Positions 41,901-51,633 of a stretch of DNA of 64,000 nt are shown here, in pieces; the first letter of the stretch is position 1, and each line of letters opens with the position of its first letter. Made by a program: the position numbers and the translations under genes. Below the pieces are notes generated by a model. It saw only the letters and a program-made list of their open reading frames with translations, did no database searches and was not told where the DNA came from. This DNA comes from Candidatus Kapaibacterium sp. GTDB taxonomy: Bacteria; Bacteroidota; Ignavibacteria; Kapaibacteriales; UBA2268. The stretch covers positions 2,144,001 to 2,208,000 of the forward strand of contig OY762428.1 in NCBI GenBank assembly GCA_963665665.1. The letters run 5' to 3'.

Positions 41901-44429
41901 GAATGACCTGGCAAATTTTTCCTCTGATATTTTTAAAGCAATTTCGAAATATTTTCTTTCTGTTATATCATAATTAATACCGGTCATACGAATGGCTCTG
42001 CCAGTTTCATCCCGGGAAATAATTGCGTTGGCTTTTAAATATCTTATTTCTCCGTTTGGCCATACAACCCTGAATTCAGTATCAAATTCTTTTTCGCCGG
42101 AAATTGCCATTTGCACTTCCCGGTCGGCTTTTTCAATATCATCGGGATGAACCCCTGCTTTCCAGGATTCATAAGCAGAGCCGAAATTATCCTTTTCCAG
42201 GCCGTAAAGGCGGAACATCCAATCATCCCACTCAAGAACATTATTGACAATATCCAAATCCCAAATCCCGAATTTTGCCGAGTTGGCAGCAAGAATCATT
42301 TTCTGATTTAATTCTTCCAGTAGTTCATTCTTCCTGTTCAGCCTTAACTCATTTTCTTTTTGTTCGGTTATATCCTGTAAGGTTCCAACCAGGCTGACAA
42401 CTTTATTATTCTTAAATATTGGTTTTCCGATAGTTTTTGCCCAAATAACTTTTGAATCCGGATGAAGAATCCTGAAAACTTCGCTATAAGGAATACCTTT
42501 ACCTGATGCATTAGCAATTGTGCGATCTATTCTTTCCCAATCGTCAGAATTGATTATTTTCTTATGTTCCTCCCAGGAAGGCTCTCCTTTTTTAATATCA
42601 AGCCCGAATATTCTGAACATCTCATTACTCCAGGAAGGCTTGTCATTTTCAATATCATACAACCAATTTCCTACTTTAGCAATTCTCTGTGCTTCTATCA
42701 GGTCTTTTTGTTTTTGATTTATTTCTTTTTCTGCCTGTTTTTTCTGCCTGATATCCTGGTATATGGCAAAAACACCCTTGTATTCACCATCAACTACTAT
42801 TTGAGAAATAGTAAGCAAAACATCAAGAATTTCTCTGTTTTTATTGATCCTTAAAGTCTCGATAGTTTTGCCGGACAGCTCTTTTATTTCATCTTCATTG
42901 CAGAAATGTTCCGCTTCAATAAGTTTATCCTCGGGTACAATTAAATCATTGATGTGACTCTTTATTGCTTCATCGGAAGTATAGCCGAATAATTCCGTGA
43001 AATTGGCGTTTATCCTGTTAATTTTTCCGTCGCAATCCAATACGGCAATAGCGCCGGGAGTACATTCTATCAGGTTCGTAAGATATACATTACTCCGTTT
43101 TATCTTGTTCTCAATTTCCTTTGTCTCAGTAATATCAGTCATAGAAAGAAGTACTTTTTTTTGACCTTCAATATCAAGCAGGCAGGTAGAGATAAGAAAA
43201 TCCTTTTTAAAAGTATTACTGCCGGATTTCAGTACTAATCTGCCTTCACGGTTAGAGATAGTTTTCCCTGTTTGTAAACTTTCATCAACCTGCGTTCTTA
43301 TGCGACACGAAGCGCAGGAATCCCCTGTTCCACAAATATTATCATCGTTCTGATTATTGCAGTTTATAACGAATCCGCAAGGCATTCCAATAACGTCTTT
43401 CCTGCTTTTACCCACATAATTAAGTGCAAAATCATTGATCCTGTCAACCCTCACATTTTCATCAACAAGCAATAACAAATAGGGAGAGCTGTTAAATACT
43501 ATTTCATTAATTTTGTATTGCTTTTTTAGTTTCAGTTCAGCTATTTTACTATCAGAAATATCTCTGCCGACTGCTGTTATTGACTTAATCATTCCGGCAT
43601 CAACTTCGGCTTTTGCTGTCCATTCAAACCATCTCCAGCCTGCTGTGGTGTATGCTCTTTCTCTGTGTTCTGTTCTGTACGGGGGATGTGATAAAGACTC
43701 CAGTGATTGCTTTACATTTTCTCTGTCATCTTCATGAATTAGCGGAAAGAACTTGCTGCCGATTAATTCATCACGGCCTTTGCCAAAAGTTTCACAATAG
43801 GAGTTGCTGACAAACACGATATTATGTTCTGAATCAAATTTTATAACCAGGTCGCTCATATTATCCATAAGAAGCTGAAATTGCCTGTTCTTCTCCGAAT
43901 ATTTACTATCCAGATTTCTTGGCTGAGTAATATCTCTTACCTGGGTAATAACCGAGCGGCCGTCCATTTCAAGATCAAGTGTAGCCCTGAACCATGAAGT
44001 ATTTCCGTCGATTTCGAGATCATATTCAAAGCTTTGGCTCATTTTAGTTGATCGGAGATCAAGAGAGTGCTTTTTGAACAACCGACTAACGTTCTCAGGC
44101 AAAATATCGCTAATATTCCTGCCCAAAAACTCATTTTTATCAGCATACAATGGTGAATCATCGCTGCAATATACTTCCCGGAATACATTTTCTTCATCCA
44201 GAATAAATATTATATCGCTGATATGTTCAAGAATATTTCTTAAATTATCAGCTTCAGACACCTTTAAGGATGGAACAATTCTCTTAGATTCATCTTGAAT
44301 TAAGCCAATAATATTATCAACAAATGAATCAATATTAGCCCGGATATCAGGCCCCTGATGTTCGCTAATAATTTTTTCGACCTTTTTCTTTAAAACTGTG
44401 ATATCTGTTGTCTGATCATTCTCATTCAT
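38976..44429 (-). CDS. Multi-PAS hybrid sensor histidine kinase / response regulator
   Basis: Many PAS/PAC repeats (DITE/DISD motifs); LAGGIAHNFKN H-box, NATQAM, GLGL; C-terminal REC. Confidence 0.9.
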   Translation of the reverse strand: MNENDQTTDITVLKKKVEKIISEHQGPDIRANIDSFVDNIIGLIQDESKRIVPSLKVSEADNLRNILEHISDIIFILDEENVFREVYCSDDSPLYADKNEFLGRNISDILPENVSRLFKKHSLDLRSTKMSQSFEYDLEIDGNTSWFRATLDLEMDGRSVITQVRDITQPRNLDSKYSEKNRQFQLLMDNMSDLVIKFDSEHNIVFVSNSYCETFGKGRDELIGSKFFPLIHEDDRENVKQSLESLSHPPYRTEHRERAYTTAGWRWFEWTAKAEVDAGMIKSITAVGRDISDSKIAELKLKKQYKINEIVFNSSPYLLLLVDENVRVDRINDFALNYVGKSRKDVIGMPCGFVINCNNQNDDNICGTGDSCASCRIRTQVDESLQTGKTISNREGRLVLKSGSNTFKKDFLISTCLLDIEGQKKVLLSMTDITETKEIENKIKRSNVYLTNLIECTPGAIAVLDCDGKINRINANFTELFGYTSDEAIKSHINDLIVPEDKLIEAEHFCNEDEIKELSGKTIETLRINKNREILDVLLTISQIVVDGEYKGVFAIYQDIRQKKQAEKEINQKQKDLIEAQRIAKVGNWLYDIENDKPSWSNEMFRIFGLDIKKGEPSWEEHKKIINSDDWERIDRTIANASGKGIPYSEVFRILHPDSKVIWAKTIGKPIFKNNKVVSLVGTLQDITEQKENELRLNRKNELLEELNQKMILAANSAKFGIWDLDIVNNVLEWDDWMFRLYGLEKDNFGSAYESWKAGVHPDDIEKADREVQMAISGEKEFDTEFRVVWPNGEIRYLKANAIISRDETGRAIRMTGINYDITERKYFEIALKISEEKFARSFENSPLLMTISEIETGKYIDINEKFIEVSGYTREDAIGKTSVEIGFVSGYSRDLLRSTIKNRGMIKGMELNLKRKDGSELIASYNAEIIEFGGKSRLLSIAEDITEKIKNRKLIEEKEARFREIVSSVQDGLIYVNKKMRVIHVNDALIKLTGLKSEELINKNVFGLIKRLISPKKLPGLMKKVVFANKGNSLNAFELEFNNKTLEIRSFYDKNTGHFTGTLRDISDRKEAEEKIRQSREIYRNLVDGLPDIIMRFDRNFHHIFVSENVISVVSMESKEFIGKTHRELGFSEEQSNIWEKAIEKTFKGLKPIETEFELEYNNKTIIFNWRLIPEFDEKNEVISVLTIARDITGLRMAEQKYKMLFNEMLDGFALHEIICDNNGLPIDYRFLDINPAFEKQTGLSRDIVGKTVLEVMPGTEKYWIDQYGKVALTGKPIFFENYASAIDKYFEVTAFRPAPMQFACLFQDITDKKKAQLALEESEKRFREMADMLPEAIFEATSDMTITYANKTAMDLFGYDKVDIDSGINGFDTLDIKDRLRAKEIFSKRILGEETGAFEYQGLRKDGSTFPMLFHMVSIIQNNSITGFRGVIVNITERKRTEEELRKVSKLESLGILAGGIAHNFKNMLTAMSLSVEIAKMNPKKTAKHLDRISKSVEQASALATRFQAFTKSGAPVLQSYNINKIITDASEIAITGTSSIIKKELDYTLPDIMIDKNQMSEVFTNLILNATQAMPNGGNIIIRSSKIYASENDIIGLEAGEYIYIRFEDEGIGIPESKLSEIFTPFYTTKDTGQGLGLSTVYQIVKNHGGTILVSSEVSKGTTFSIYLPFIKSDDIQDRSAKQEENKLERIKKILVIDDDKNITDNFEEIADCIDNVSAKCFNDPERGIEDFSRQHNNNPYDIVILDITLVGYNISGLEILNQLREIDPQIKVIVFSGHSDKPIVANYREYGFNGRLEKPFSIKRFEEEINKLC

Positions 44430-44705
44430 AAAATTGCCCGTTTTACCCGAAAAAATGGTTCAGTAAGATAATTCTGTCATGTTGTGGTATCTTATATTAT
44501 TAATTTATATTAATTCTATGATGCCAAATTAATAATACCCGCCAGGTATATAAAAATATATAAAATATATGATTAAAACAATCATATTGTTATTTTTTTT
44601 ACAACTTGGGTTTCTTTACTTCAACTCAAATAATTAATTCAGATTGCCTTGAAGTGTTTGTACAAAATAAAATTAATATCGAACAAAATTATTCGTGAAC
44701 AAGGC

Positions 44706-45836
44706 CTACCTTACTTTGAATGTAGCCATGGCAATAATAGCCATAAGCACTGCCATTATATAGAACCGTGAAACTATCTTTGATTCATGAAGCCCTGATT
44801 TTTCGAAGTGATGGTGCAGCGGCGCCATTTTGAACAGACGCCTGCCCTCGCCGTATTTCTTTCGGGTATATTTAAAGTATGCCACCTGGATAATAACAGA
44901 AACAGTTTCTGCAAAGAAAACCCCGCCGAGAATAGGCAGAAGGAATTCCTTTTTAATCAGTATCATCATTGTCCCGATAGCTCCGCCAAGAGCCAGCGAA
45001 CCGGTATCGCCCATGAATATCTGCGCCGGGTAGGAATTGAACCACAAAAATCCAAGCGATGCCCCGAGAAGAGCTGCGCAGAATATCGTCAGCTCGGAAG
45101 AACCGGGCAGGAATATAATATTCAGGTATTCCGCGTAATTGGCATTACCCGAAACATACACAATAAACATTATCGCAAGGGTGACGATACCAACAGTTCC
45201 TATAGCCAGGCCGTCCAGCCCGTCTGTCAGGTTCACTGCGTTGGAAGTTGCCGTCAGGATAAAAATGGCAAGCGGTATGTAGAGAATGCCAAAATCAATA
45301 TTTATATTTTTTGCAAATGGCACGGTTGTCATTGTTTTTATGCTTTCAAATCCATCTGAAAATGTTTCGGGGAATAAATAAATTGTTCCGCCGATAATAA
45401 GCCCGATCACGAACTGCCCGACGATTTTATACCTGCCAATCAGGCCCTTGGGGAACTTTCTGATAACTTTCAGGTAGTCGTCAAGAAACCCGACGGCACC
45501 CATCCATGCAGTGGCAAGCAGAATAAGTATAACGTACATGTTTGATATATTTGCCCATAACAGGGTTGGCAGAAGGCAAGCCAGCAGAACAATAATACCG
45601 CCCATGGTTGGCGTACCGGCTTTAACCGAATGATTACCTACGGCCTGAAGCTCCAGCTTGGCTTGTTCGCCAATCTGGCGGTTTCGCATAATGTTAATTA
45701 TTTTGGGCCCGAAAAGAAAGCTGATCAGTAAAGCAGTTATCGCCGCTGCTGCTGCCCGGAAAGTGATATACTGAAAAACCCCGAATCCCGGAGGATCAAA
45801 TTCAATATTAATCCATTTGAGTAAAAAATAAAACAT
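44706..45836 (-). CDS. mraY: Phospho-N-acetylmuramoyl-pentapeptide transferase
   Basis: KAGTPTMGG, GFLDDY, NAVNLTDGLDGL, FMGDTGSLALG, MAPLHHHFE. Confidence 0.97.
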   Translation of the reverse strand: MFYFLLKWINIEFDPPGFGVFQYITFRAAAAAITALLISFLFGPKIINIMRNRQIGEQAKLELQAVGNHSVKAGTPTMGGIIVLLACLLPTLLWANISNMYVILILLATAWMGAVGFLDDYLKVIRKFPKGLIGRYKIVGQFVIGLIIGGTIYLFPETFSDGFESIKTMTTVPFAKNINIDFGILYIPLAIFILTATSNAVNLTDGLDGLAIGTVGIVTLAIMFIVYVSGNANYAEYLNIIFLPGSSELTIFCAALLGASLGFLWFNSYPAQIFMGDTGSLALGGAIGTMMILIKKEFLLPILGGVFFAETVSVIIQVAYFKYTRKKYGEGRRLFKMAPLHHHFEKSGLHESKIVSRFYIMAVLMAIIAMATFKVR

Positions 45837-45978
45837 TTACGCCCCCCATTTTTCAAAATCATCTTTAATTCAAAAATTTTCCCTGCCAATATTAACAAAG
45901 ATAAGATATGTAATTAATTATTAAAAATAACTAATCGGTTTTTAAACAATTTGTTAAAATTTTATTTGTGGAAAAAAT

Positions 45979-46869
45979 TTATTTTCCGCTTTTATAATGA
46001 ACAGCCCCACAGCATTTTTTGAATTTTTTTCCGCTGCCACAGGGGCAGGGATCATTTCTTCCGATTTTCTTAATTTTTTGAATATTCAGGTTCCTCGTTT
46101 TCATATCCTGGTTAAAAACTTCAAGCAGCATGGAATATAGCTGAGGATGCTTCTTTTCCATCAGTTTGGGCCTTTCGAAGAAATATTCGGAAGCCACTGC
46201 AAAAAATTCAGCGCTGTTTGTTCCGGCATAAGGATTTATATCAGAATCATCATTTTCAATATCGTCCATCTTGGTTTTTATCAGGTCGAGCCAGGGAATG
46301 GTGTATTGCTTTTCGAGCAGGGCTGCAGGTACACCGTCCACTTTGCCGTCAATTTTATCAATCAGGTGAACGAATTCGTGTATGGCAGTATTTTTCTTAT
46401 CCCGCTCGTTATTAAATCCATGATGGAGAGCGCTTTTCGATAGTATCATCTTGCCGTCCATTACTCCGGTTCCGACCATTCCCATTATCCGGCTGTCTGT
46501 TGTTCCGGATTGGAATTCCCCGTTAAAATCATTGGGATATATCAGAACTTCCCCCAGGTTAACATATTTCCAGTCAGGAAAGGCAAAAACCGGAATTATT
46601 GCGCTGGCAGCAACCAGCAATCTGTCAGTATCGTTAATTTCCGTACTTATTCCTGTAATCCTGCAATTCAGAAGAAACTCTGCAATTTTATATTCGAACC
46701 TTTTCTTCTCATCATTGTTCAGGCTGTTGTAAAAAGCCGATTTCTTCGTCAGGATAATCCTGTAAGCAGCCGGAAATTCCCCGGACGGAAGTTTCCAGCT
46801 TTTACCACGGTAATATTTATAAATAATATAAATAATTGCTGCTGCGATGATAATTAATAATATTTCCAT
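45979..46869 (-). CDS. MtfA/peptidase M90-family zinc peptidase with a C-terminal SEC-C motif
   Basis: [31 protein letters not shown]; [18 protein letters not shown]. Confidence 0.85.
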   Translation of the reverse strand: MEILLIIIAAAIIYIIYKYYRGKSWKLPSGEFPAAYRIILTKKSAFYNSLNNDEKKRFEYKIAEFLLNCRITGISTEINDTDRLLVAASAIIPVFAFPDWKYVNLGEVLIYPNDFNGEFQSGTTDSRIMGMVGTGVMDGKMILSKSALHHGFNNERDKKNTAIHEFVHLIDKIDGKVDGVPAALLEKQYTIPWLDLIKTKMDDIENDDSDINPYAGTNSAEFFAVASEYFFERPKLMEKKHPQLYSMLLEVFNQDMKTRNLNIQKIKKIGRNDPCPCGSGKKFKKCCGAVHYKSGK

Positions 46870-46925
46870 AGTGTTTTTCCCAATATTAAAATTCTTTACG
46901 TGGTATCTCCGGCCATAGAGCGTGG

Positions 46926-48062
46926 CTATCGTATATACTCCACAAGCTGCCCGGCTATAGTATGCCAGTTGAATCTTGTGCTCACAGTTCTGTAAAGATT
47001 TTCCGAATATTTTTGCCTGATTGTTGGTTTTGTGGCAAGAAATTCCAGTGCCCCGAGAATATGCCCTGCACTTCCTTCCTTTATAATAATGCCGTTCTCG
47101 CCGTGAACAACAGCTTCTTCGGTTCCGCCCATAGGTGTTGCTATCAGAGCGTTACGTGTAATACCGGCTTCCATTATCAGCGTAGGCAGCCCCTCGGGAT
47201 AATTGGAAGGAATCACCGTTATTTCACTTTCTTCCAGCATTGCCATAACGTAGTCATGTGATCTGATACCGAGGATATGAATATTGTCTTCTTCCGCCGA
47301 ATATTTCCCCATAAGTTCTTCTTCAAGTGGTCCGTCTCCGGCAATTAAAAGGAACATACCTCCTTTGGGATTCAATGCCGCGAACGCTTCACAAAGCTCC
47401 CCTATGCCTTTTTCCGGAATAAGCCTGCCCGCGAAGGCAATCAGCAGGCTTTCGCGCGGAATATTCAATTCCCGCCGAATATCTGCTTCCGGTGCCGGGT
47501 AATCCGGATCAATACCATTATATATTTCACCAATACTGTTTATACCAAAATGATTTAGCCACCTGCCGCATGCCGCCGATACACCAAAAGCTCCTTCCAT
47601 CTTTCTTTTCAGAATTTTCGTGATAAAGTGCTCATAAATATGGCCAAAAAAGTCGAACAACTTATTGCCTACAGAAAAATGGCCGGTAACATGCTCGATA
47701 AGGTAGAATGGTATGTCCTTTTTTAGTGCAAGTTTTCTTCCGGCAAGTGATGTCCAGTAAAACCGCATATTCACTATAACGGCATCAATTTTTTCATTTT
47801 TAAGTTTTGCAAACATACTGCGGAATTCTTCATTGCATTTTGGCTGTGGCAGTCGCCCCCCGATAAATGGTACTACCGGAAAATAGTATATTATCCTTCC
47901 GGTTTCTTGAACAATACTATTTGTATTTTCGGTGTTTGAAGTCAGAATAATAACTTCATGCCCCAGCTTTACAAGTGCAGATGAAAGTTCCGAAACATAG
48001 CGTTCAACTCCGCCTGAGTGAGGGGGATAAAATGCCGAGCTTATACAGAGCCTCAATTCCAC
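46926..48062 (-). CDS. Glycosyltransferase family 4
   Basis: [33 protein letters not shown]; start uncertain. Confidence 0.87.
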   Translation of the reverse strand: MELRLCISSAFYPPHSGGVERYVSELSSALVKLGHEVIILTSNTENTNSIVQETGRIIYYFPVVPFIGGRLPQPKCNEEFRSMFAKLKNEKIDAVIVNMRFYWTSLAGRKLALKKDIPFYLIEHVTGHFSVGNKLFDFFGHIYEHFITKILKRKMEGAFGVSAACGRWLNHFGINSIGEIYNGIDPDYPAPEADIRRELNIPRESLLIAFAGRLIPEKGIGELCEAFAALNPKGGMFLLIAGDGPLEEELMGKYSAEEDNIHILGIRSHDYVMAMLEESEITVIPSNYPEGLPTLIMEAGITRNALIATPMGGTEEAVVHGENGIIIKEGSAGHILGALEFLATKPTIRQKYSENLYRTVSTRFNWHTIAGQLVEYIR

Positions 48063-49057
48063 CTCCCGGTCAGATCCGTGAATAAGCCGGCAATTACTCC
48101 ACAACCATATCCCCAGTGAATTGCCGGGAATATCGCGATAAAATGTAACGGGCTCATTTTCTTCTGAACAGCAACAAATAATGATATAAGAATAATTGCC
48201 AGCAAATACATAGCAAGCAAAGTCAGGAATGAAAATATTGCGAGGTAATTAATAAATGATATTAACAGAATAAATAAAAAAGTCAGGACAAAAATACCGG
48301 GTAAAAACACCTTTGGGCTGTATTCTCCGAGTTTGCCCATTACCCTGATACGCCATTTGCCATAGCGGAATTGCTGACGGAAAAAAGCTGAAATGCTTTC
48401 CGGCCTGTGATAATAAGTTATGGCAGCAGGATTTACATATATTGAAAAACCGAGTTTTTCCGTGAGCCTTTGGTTAAGTTCCATATCCTCACCAGTGTAT
48501 AAATCCTCGTCGTAAAGGCCGGCAGAAATTAATTTTTCTTTGTCATAAATGCAGGCATAAGCGTTATTTACTTTTTCAATATTATTTTTATTTTGATATG
48601 ATGCGTTTCCGGCCCCCGAAAAGATACTTGTCAGCGCAGTTTCCGAAGCAAGAGTGAATGCAGTCCCGGATGCGTCTTTATAGATTGAACCAACAGCAAT
48701 TATCTTCTCATCGTCCTTTAATTTTTTGCTGAATGCGTCCCATAATTGAGACAGCCACTTTTCATCTGCGCAGCTGTGAGCATCCAGGTAGGCAATGTAC
48801 GGATATTCCGCTGCTTTTATGGCAATATTCCTGCCGGCAGCCTGATTTGTTTCAGGATTATTTACAAGTCTGATATTGTTAAATTGTTCAATATAATCAT
48901 GAATAATATCAATAGTTTTATCTGTCGAGCCGCCGTCTGCAAGTATTATTTCAGTTTTCCCGGGGTAGTCCTGTGCAATAACAGAATCAATACAGGAAGA
49001 AATAAACTTTTCTTCGTTAAGGCAGGCTATTATAACTGAAACACAGGGATAATCCAT
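48053..49057 (-). CDS. Glycosyltransferase family 2 (ExoA-like)
   Basis: VSVIIACLNEE, DGGSTD, LDAHS, ED, QQFRYGKWR, C-terminal TM helices. Confidence 0.87.
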   Translation of the reverse strand: MDYPCVSVIIACLNEEKFISSCIDSVIAQDYPGKTEIILADGGSTDKTIDIIHDYIEQFNNIRLVNNPETNQAAGRNIAIKAAEYPYIAYLDAHSCADEKWLSQLWDAFSKKLKDDEKIIAVGSIYKDASGTAFTLASETALTSIFSGAGNASYQNKNNIEKVNNAYACIYDKEKLISAGLYDEDLYTGEDMELNQRLTEKLGFSIYVNPAAITYYHRPESISAFFRQQFRYGKWRIRVMGKLGEYSPKVFLPGIFVLTFLFILLISFINYLAIFSFLTLLAMYLLAIILISLFVAVQKKMSPLHFIAIFPAIHWGYGCGVIAGLFTDLTGRWN

Positions 49058-49247
49058 CAACATTTCCTTAATTTTTCATTTATATCAAATTTAATAATTT
49101 TCAACGAGAAATTTGTATTTGATATGGGAAAACTGTCTTACAAAAGAATAGCATTTGAATTTTTTGTTAATTATCAGCTATTGCTGAATTACTTAAACTT
49201 CATAATTTGCACAATATAAATCTTGTAAAAATAATTATACTATCATT

Positions 49248-49670
49248 ATGGCAAGAATAAAAGTAAACATACCGGATAAATTTCTTTTCAGGACAGAAAT
49301 TAAAGTCAGGATAACTGACCTTAACTATGGCGGGCATCTTGGCAATGACAGGGCGTTAGCGTTTGCACATGAAGCAAGGGCAAGATTCCTGGATTACTAC
49401 GGATACAGCGAAAAAGACCTGATGGGAGTATCCCTGATAATGGCCGACGCAGCTGTGCAGTTCAAAGCAGAGGCCTTTGCAGGAGATATAATTGAAGTAC
49501 TTGTTACCCCGGGTGATTTCTCCAATAAGGGCTTTGACCTTTTTTTTCTGATGAAAGACAATATAAGTGGTAAAGAGATAATACGATGTAAAACAGGAAT
49601 GGTATGTTTTGATTATTCAAATAGCAAAATCTGCCCGGTTCCAGAGGGTTTATTAGAACTTTGGAAATAA
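49248..49670 (+). CDS. Hotdog-fold acyl-CoA thioesterase (4HBT-like)
   Basis: VRITDLNYGGHLGN...HEAR; KTGMVCFDY. Confidence 0.85.
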   Translation: MARIKVNIPDKFLFRTEIKVRITDLNYGGHLGNDRALAFAHEARARFLDYYGYSEKDLMGVSLIMADAAVQFKAEAFAGDIIEVLVTPGDFSNKGFDLFFLMKDNISGKEIIRCKTGMVCFDYSNSKICPVPEGLLELWK

Positions 49671-49887
49671 ATTTTTAGAAGATAATAATCTTCAGGAATA
49701 TAGGAACAGCCCTGATTTCAATGGGTATTTCAATATTTTAATAAAAAAAATGTGGAAAAAATTATTTTTTATTTTGAGAATTAATAAAAAAAGTAATAAA
49801 TTTGTGTTCTGTAACTTTTGGAATTTGAATAATATATTAAAATATTGAAACAAAAGACGATTGAAATAATAAATTTTTGGAGATAAT

Positions 49888-50421
49888 ATGAGCTTACGCC
49901 GTTTATACGAGACGACTTTTATAGTTAATGCCGCACTTGAAGATGCGGATATCGATGCAGTAATTGCTAAAGTTACTTCTTACATAGAAAATCACGGCGG
50001 TGAAATCAAAGTTGTAGAGAAGTGGGGTCGCAGGCGTTTAGCATATCCGATCAACAAGAAATATAACGGCTTCTACGTTCATATCGAATTTGAATCAATG
50101 CCAAACAACCTTCCTATTTTGGAAAGATTCCTTGTTCTCGAAGATACTGTACTCAGGCACCTTACTCTTATTCTACCGGAAAAACTCAAAACTTTCCGTA
50201 CTCAAAAAGCCCTTGAAATTGGTAAAGCTATAGCAGAAGCTGAAGCAGAAGAGCAGGCCAAGAAAGAAGAATTAGCCGAGAAAAAAGCAAAAAGGGAAGA
50301 AGCAAAAGCTGAAGCAGCAAAGGCTGAAGCAGCAAAGGCTGAAGAGCAGGAAACTGAAAAAAATGAAGCGAAAGCTGACAGCGATGAACAGGAACCGGCA
50401 AAAGAAGAAACTGCCGAATAA
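49888..50421 (+). CDS. rpsF: 30S ribosomal protein S6 with a long A/E/K-rich tail
   Basis: YETTFI, WGRRRLAYPI, GFY, VLRHL. Confidence 0.96.
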   Translation: MSLRRLYETTFIVNAALEDADIDAVIAKVTSYIENHGGEIKVVEKWGRRRLAYPINKKYNGFYVHIEFESMPNNLPILERFLVLEDTVLRHLTLILPEKLKTFRTQKALEIGKAIAEAEAEEQAKKEELAEKKAKREEAKAEAAKAEAAKAEEQETEKNEAKADSDEQEPAKEETAE

Positions 50422-50468
50422 ACTTTAGTAAGATTGATAATAAATAAAACTATACAGAGGATTATATA

Positions 50469-50915
50469 ATGAAAGTAATATTACGTCAGGAAGTCCCCAG
50501 CTTAGGAACATTGGGCGATATAGTGACCGTAAAAAACGGCTACGCACGTAATTATCTGATCCCGCAGGGTTTGGCTTATGTTGCTACGGATAAATCCATT
50601 CGTACTCTTGAAGTTGAAAAGAAAAAATTTGATATTTTCATGGCTAAAGAAAAAGAATCTGCTGAAGCTATGGCAGAAAAACTTACCGAGCAGCAGGTTA
50701 GCATTGCTATGAAAGTTGGCGAAGAAGATAAACTTTATGGTTCTGTTTCTCCGCAAATGATTGCTCAGGAACTTTCACTCAGGGGATTTGAAATCGATAA
50801 AAGAAATATTATTATCGAAGATCCTATCAAATCTCTTGGCGTTTTCGACGTAAAATGCAAACTTCATCCTGAAGTAACAACAACCCTTAAAGTTTGGGTT
50901 ATCAGCGAAGACTAA
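50469..50915 (+). CDS. rplI: 50S ribosomal protein L9
   Basis: MKVIL...VKNGYARNYLIP, KLYGSV, PIKSLG, LHPEV. Confidence 0.98.
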   Translation: MKVILRQEVPSLGTLGDIVTVKNGYARNYLIPQGLAYVATDKSIRTLEVEKKKFDIFMAKEKESAEAMAEKLTEQQVSIAMKVGEEDKLYGSVSPQMIAQELSLRGFEIDKRNIIIEDPIKSLGVFDVKCKLHPEVTTTLKVWVISED

Positions 50916-50936
50916 TACCGTAATAATTTTTTTGAA

Positions 50937-50970
50937 TAAACGCATATCCGAAAGGGTATGCGTTTTTTTT
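50937..50970 (+). terminator. Intrinsic terminator after rplI
   Basis: ACGCATATCC-gaaa-GGGTATGCGT followed by a T run. Confidence 0.8.
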
Positions 50971-51074
50971 AAGATATAATCCTTTTAGCCGGCATTATCA
51001 CGATTGCATTTTCGTTAATATTTCGTATAATTGGTTTCCCGGAAATAGTTATCCGGATATAACATTTATTATCG

Positions 51075-51419
51075 ATGAGGCAAAATATGAAAAGGTATTC
51101 TAAACCGGTAAAGATTAAAAGATTAGAAGGGAATTTACTTTACAGTGAATGGAGCGACGGATTCAAAGCCACCATTAAACTGGAAGCACTGAGAAAGAAC
51201 TGTCCTTGTGCTGATTGTAAAAAGGAAGAACTATCGAAAAAACCAAAAATCGGTGTTACTAAACTTCAGCAGTTTACTCCCGGAATGAATGAACTGAAAT
51301 CCCTTCAGAAAGTTGGTAATTATGCCGTTACTGCCGTATGGGGCGACGGGCATGATTCTGGTATATATACATGGGAAGTCCTGCGGGCAATTTTCGAAGA
51401 AAATAAAATTGAAATATAA
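51075..51419 (+). CDS. DUF971 / GBBH-like N-terminal domain protein
   Basis: WSDG, LRKNCPCADC, VGNYAV, WGDGHDSGIYTW. Confidence 0.85.
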   Translation: MRQNMKRYSKPVKIKRLEGNLLYSEWSDGFKATIKLEALRKNCPCADCKKEELSKKPKIGVTKLQQFTPGMNELKSLQKVGNYAVTAVWGDGHDSGIYTWEVLRAIFEENKIEI

Positions 51420-51633
51420 GGATTTTTATATATTCCCGAATTTGGAAAATTTTCCGGGAAAAGCTTATAAACAAAGGGGGCGATATGTTTTGCAGCCTGT
51501 TTTTCTACAAACCTTTTAAGCTGAAAGCTTATAAAATAATTCGATATCCCTGAAGGAATGCCGGATACTTCAATGTACATGCAACTCCGAGATTCAGATA
51601 ACAATATAAATTTTATGAAATAAGGAAATAATT

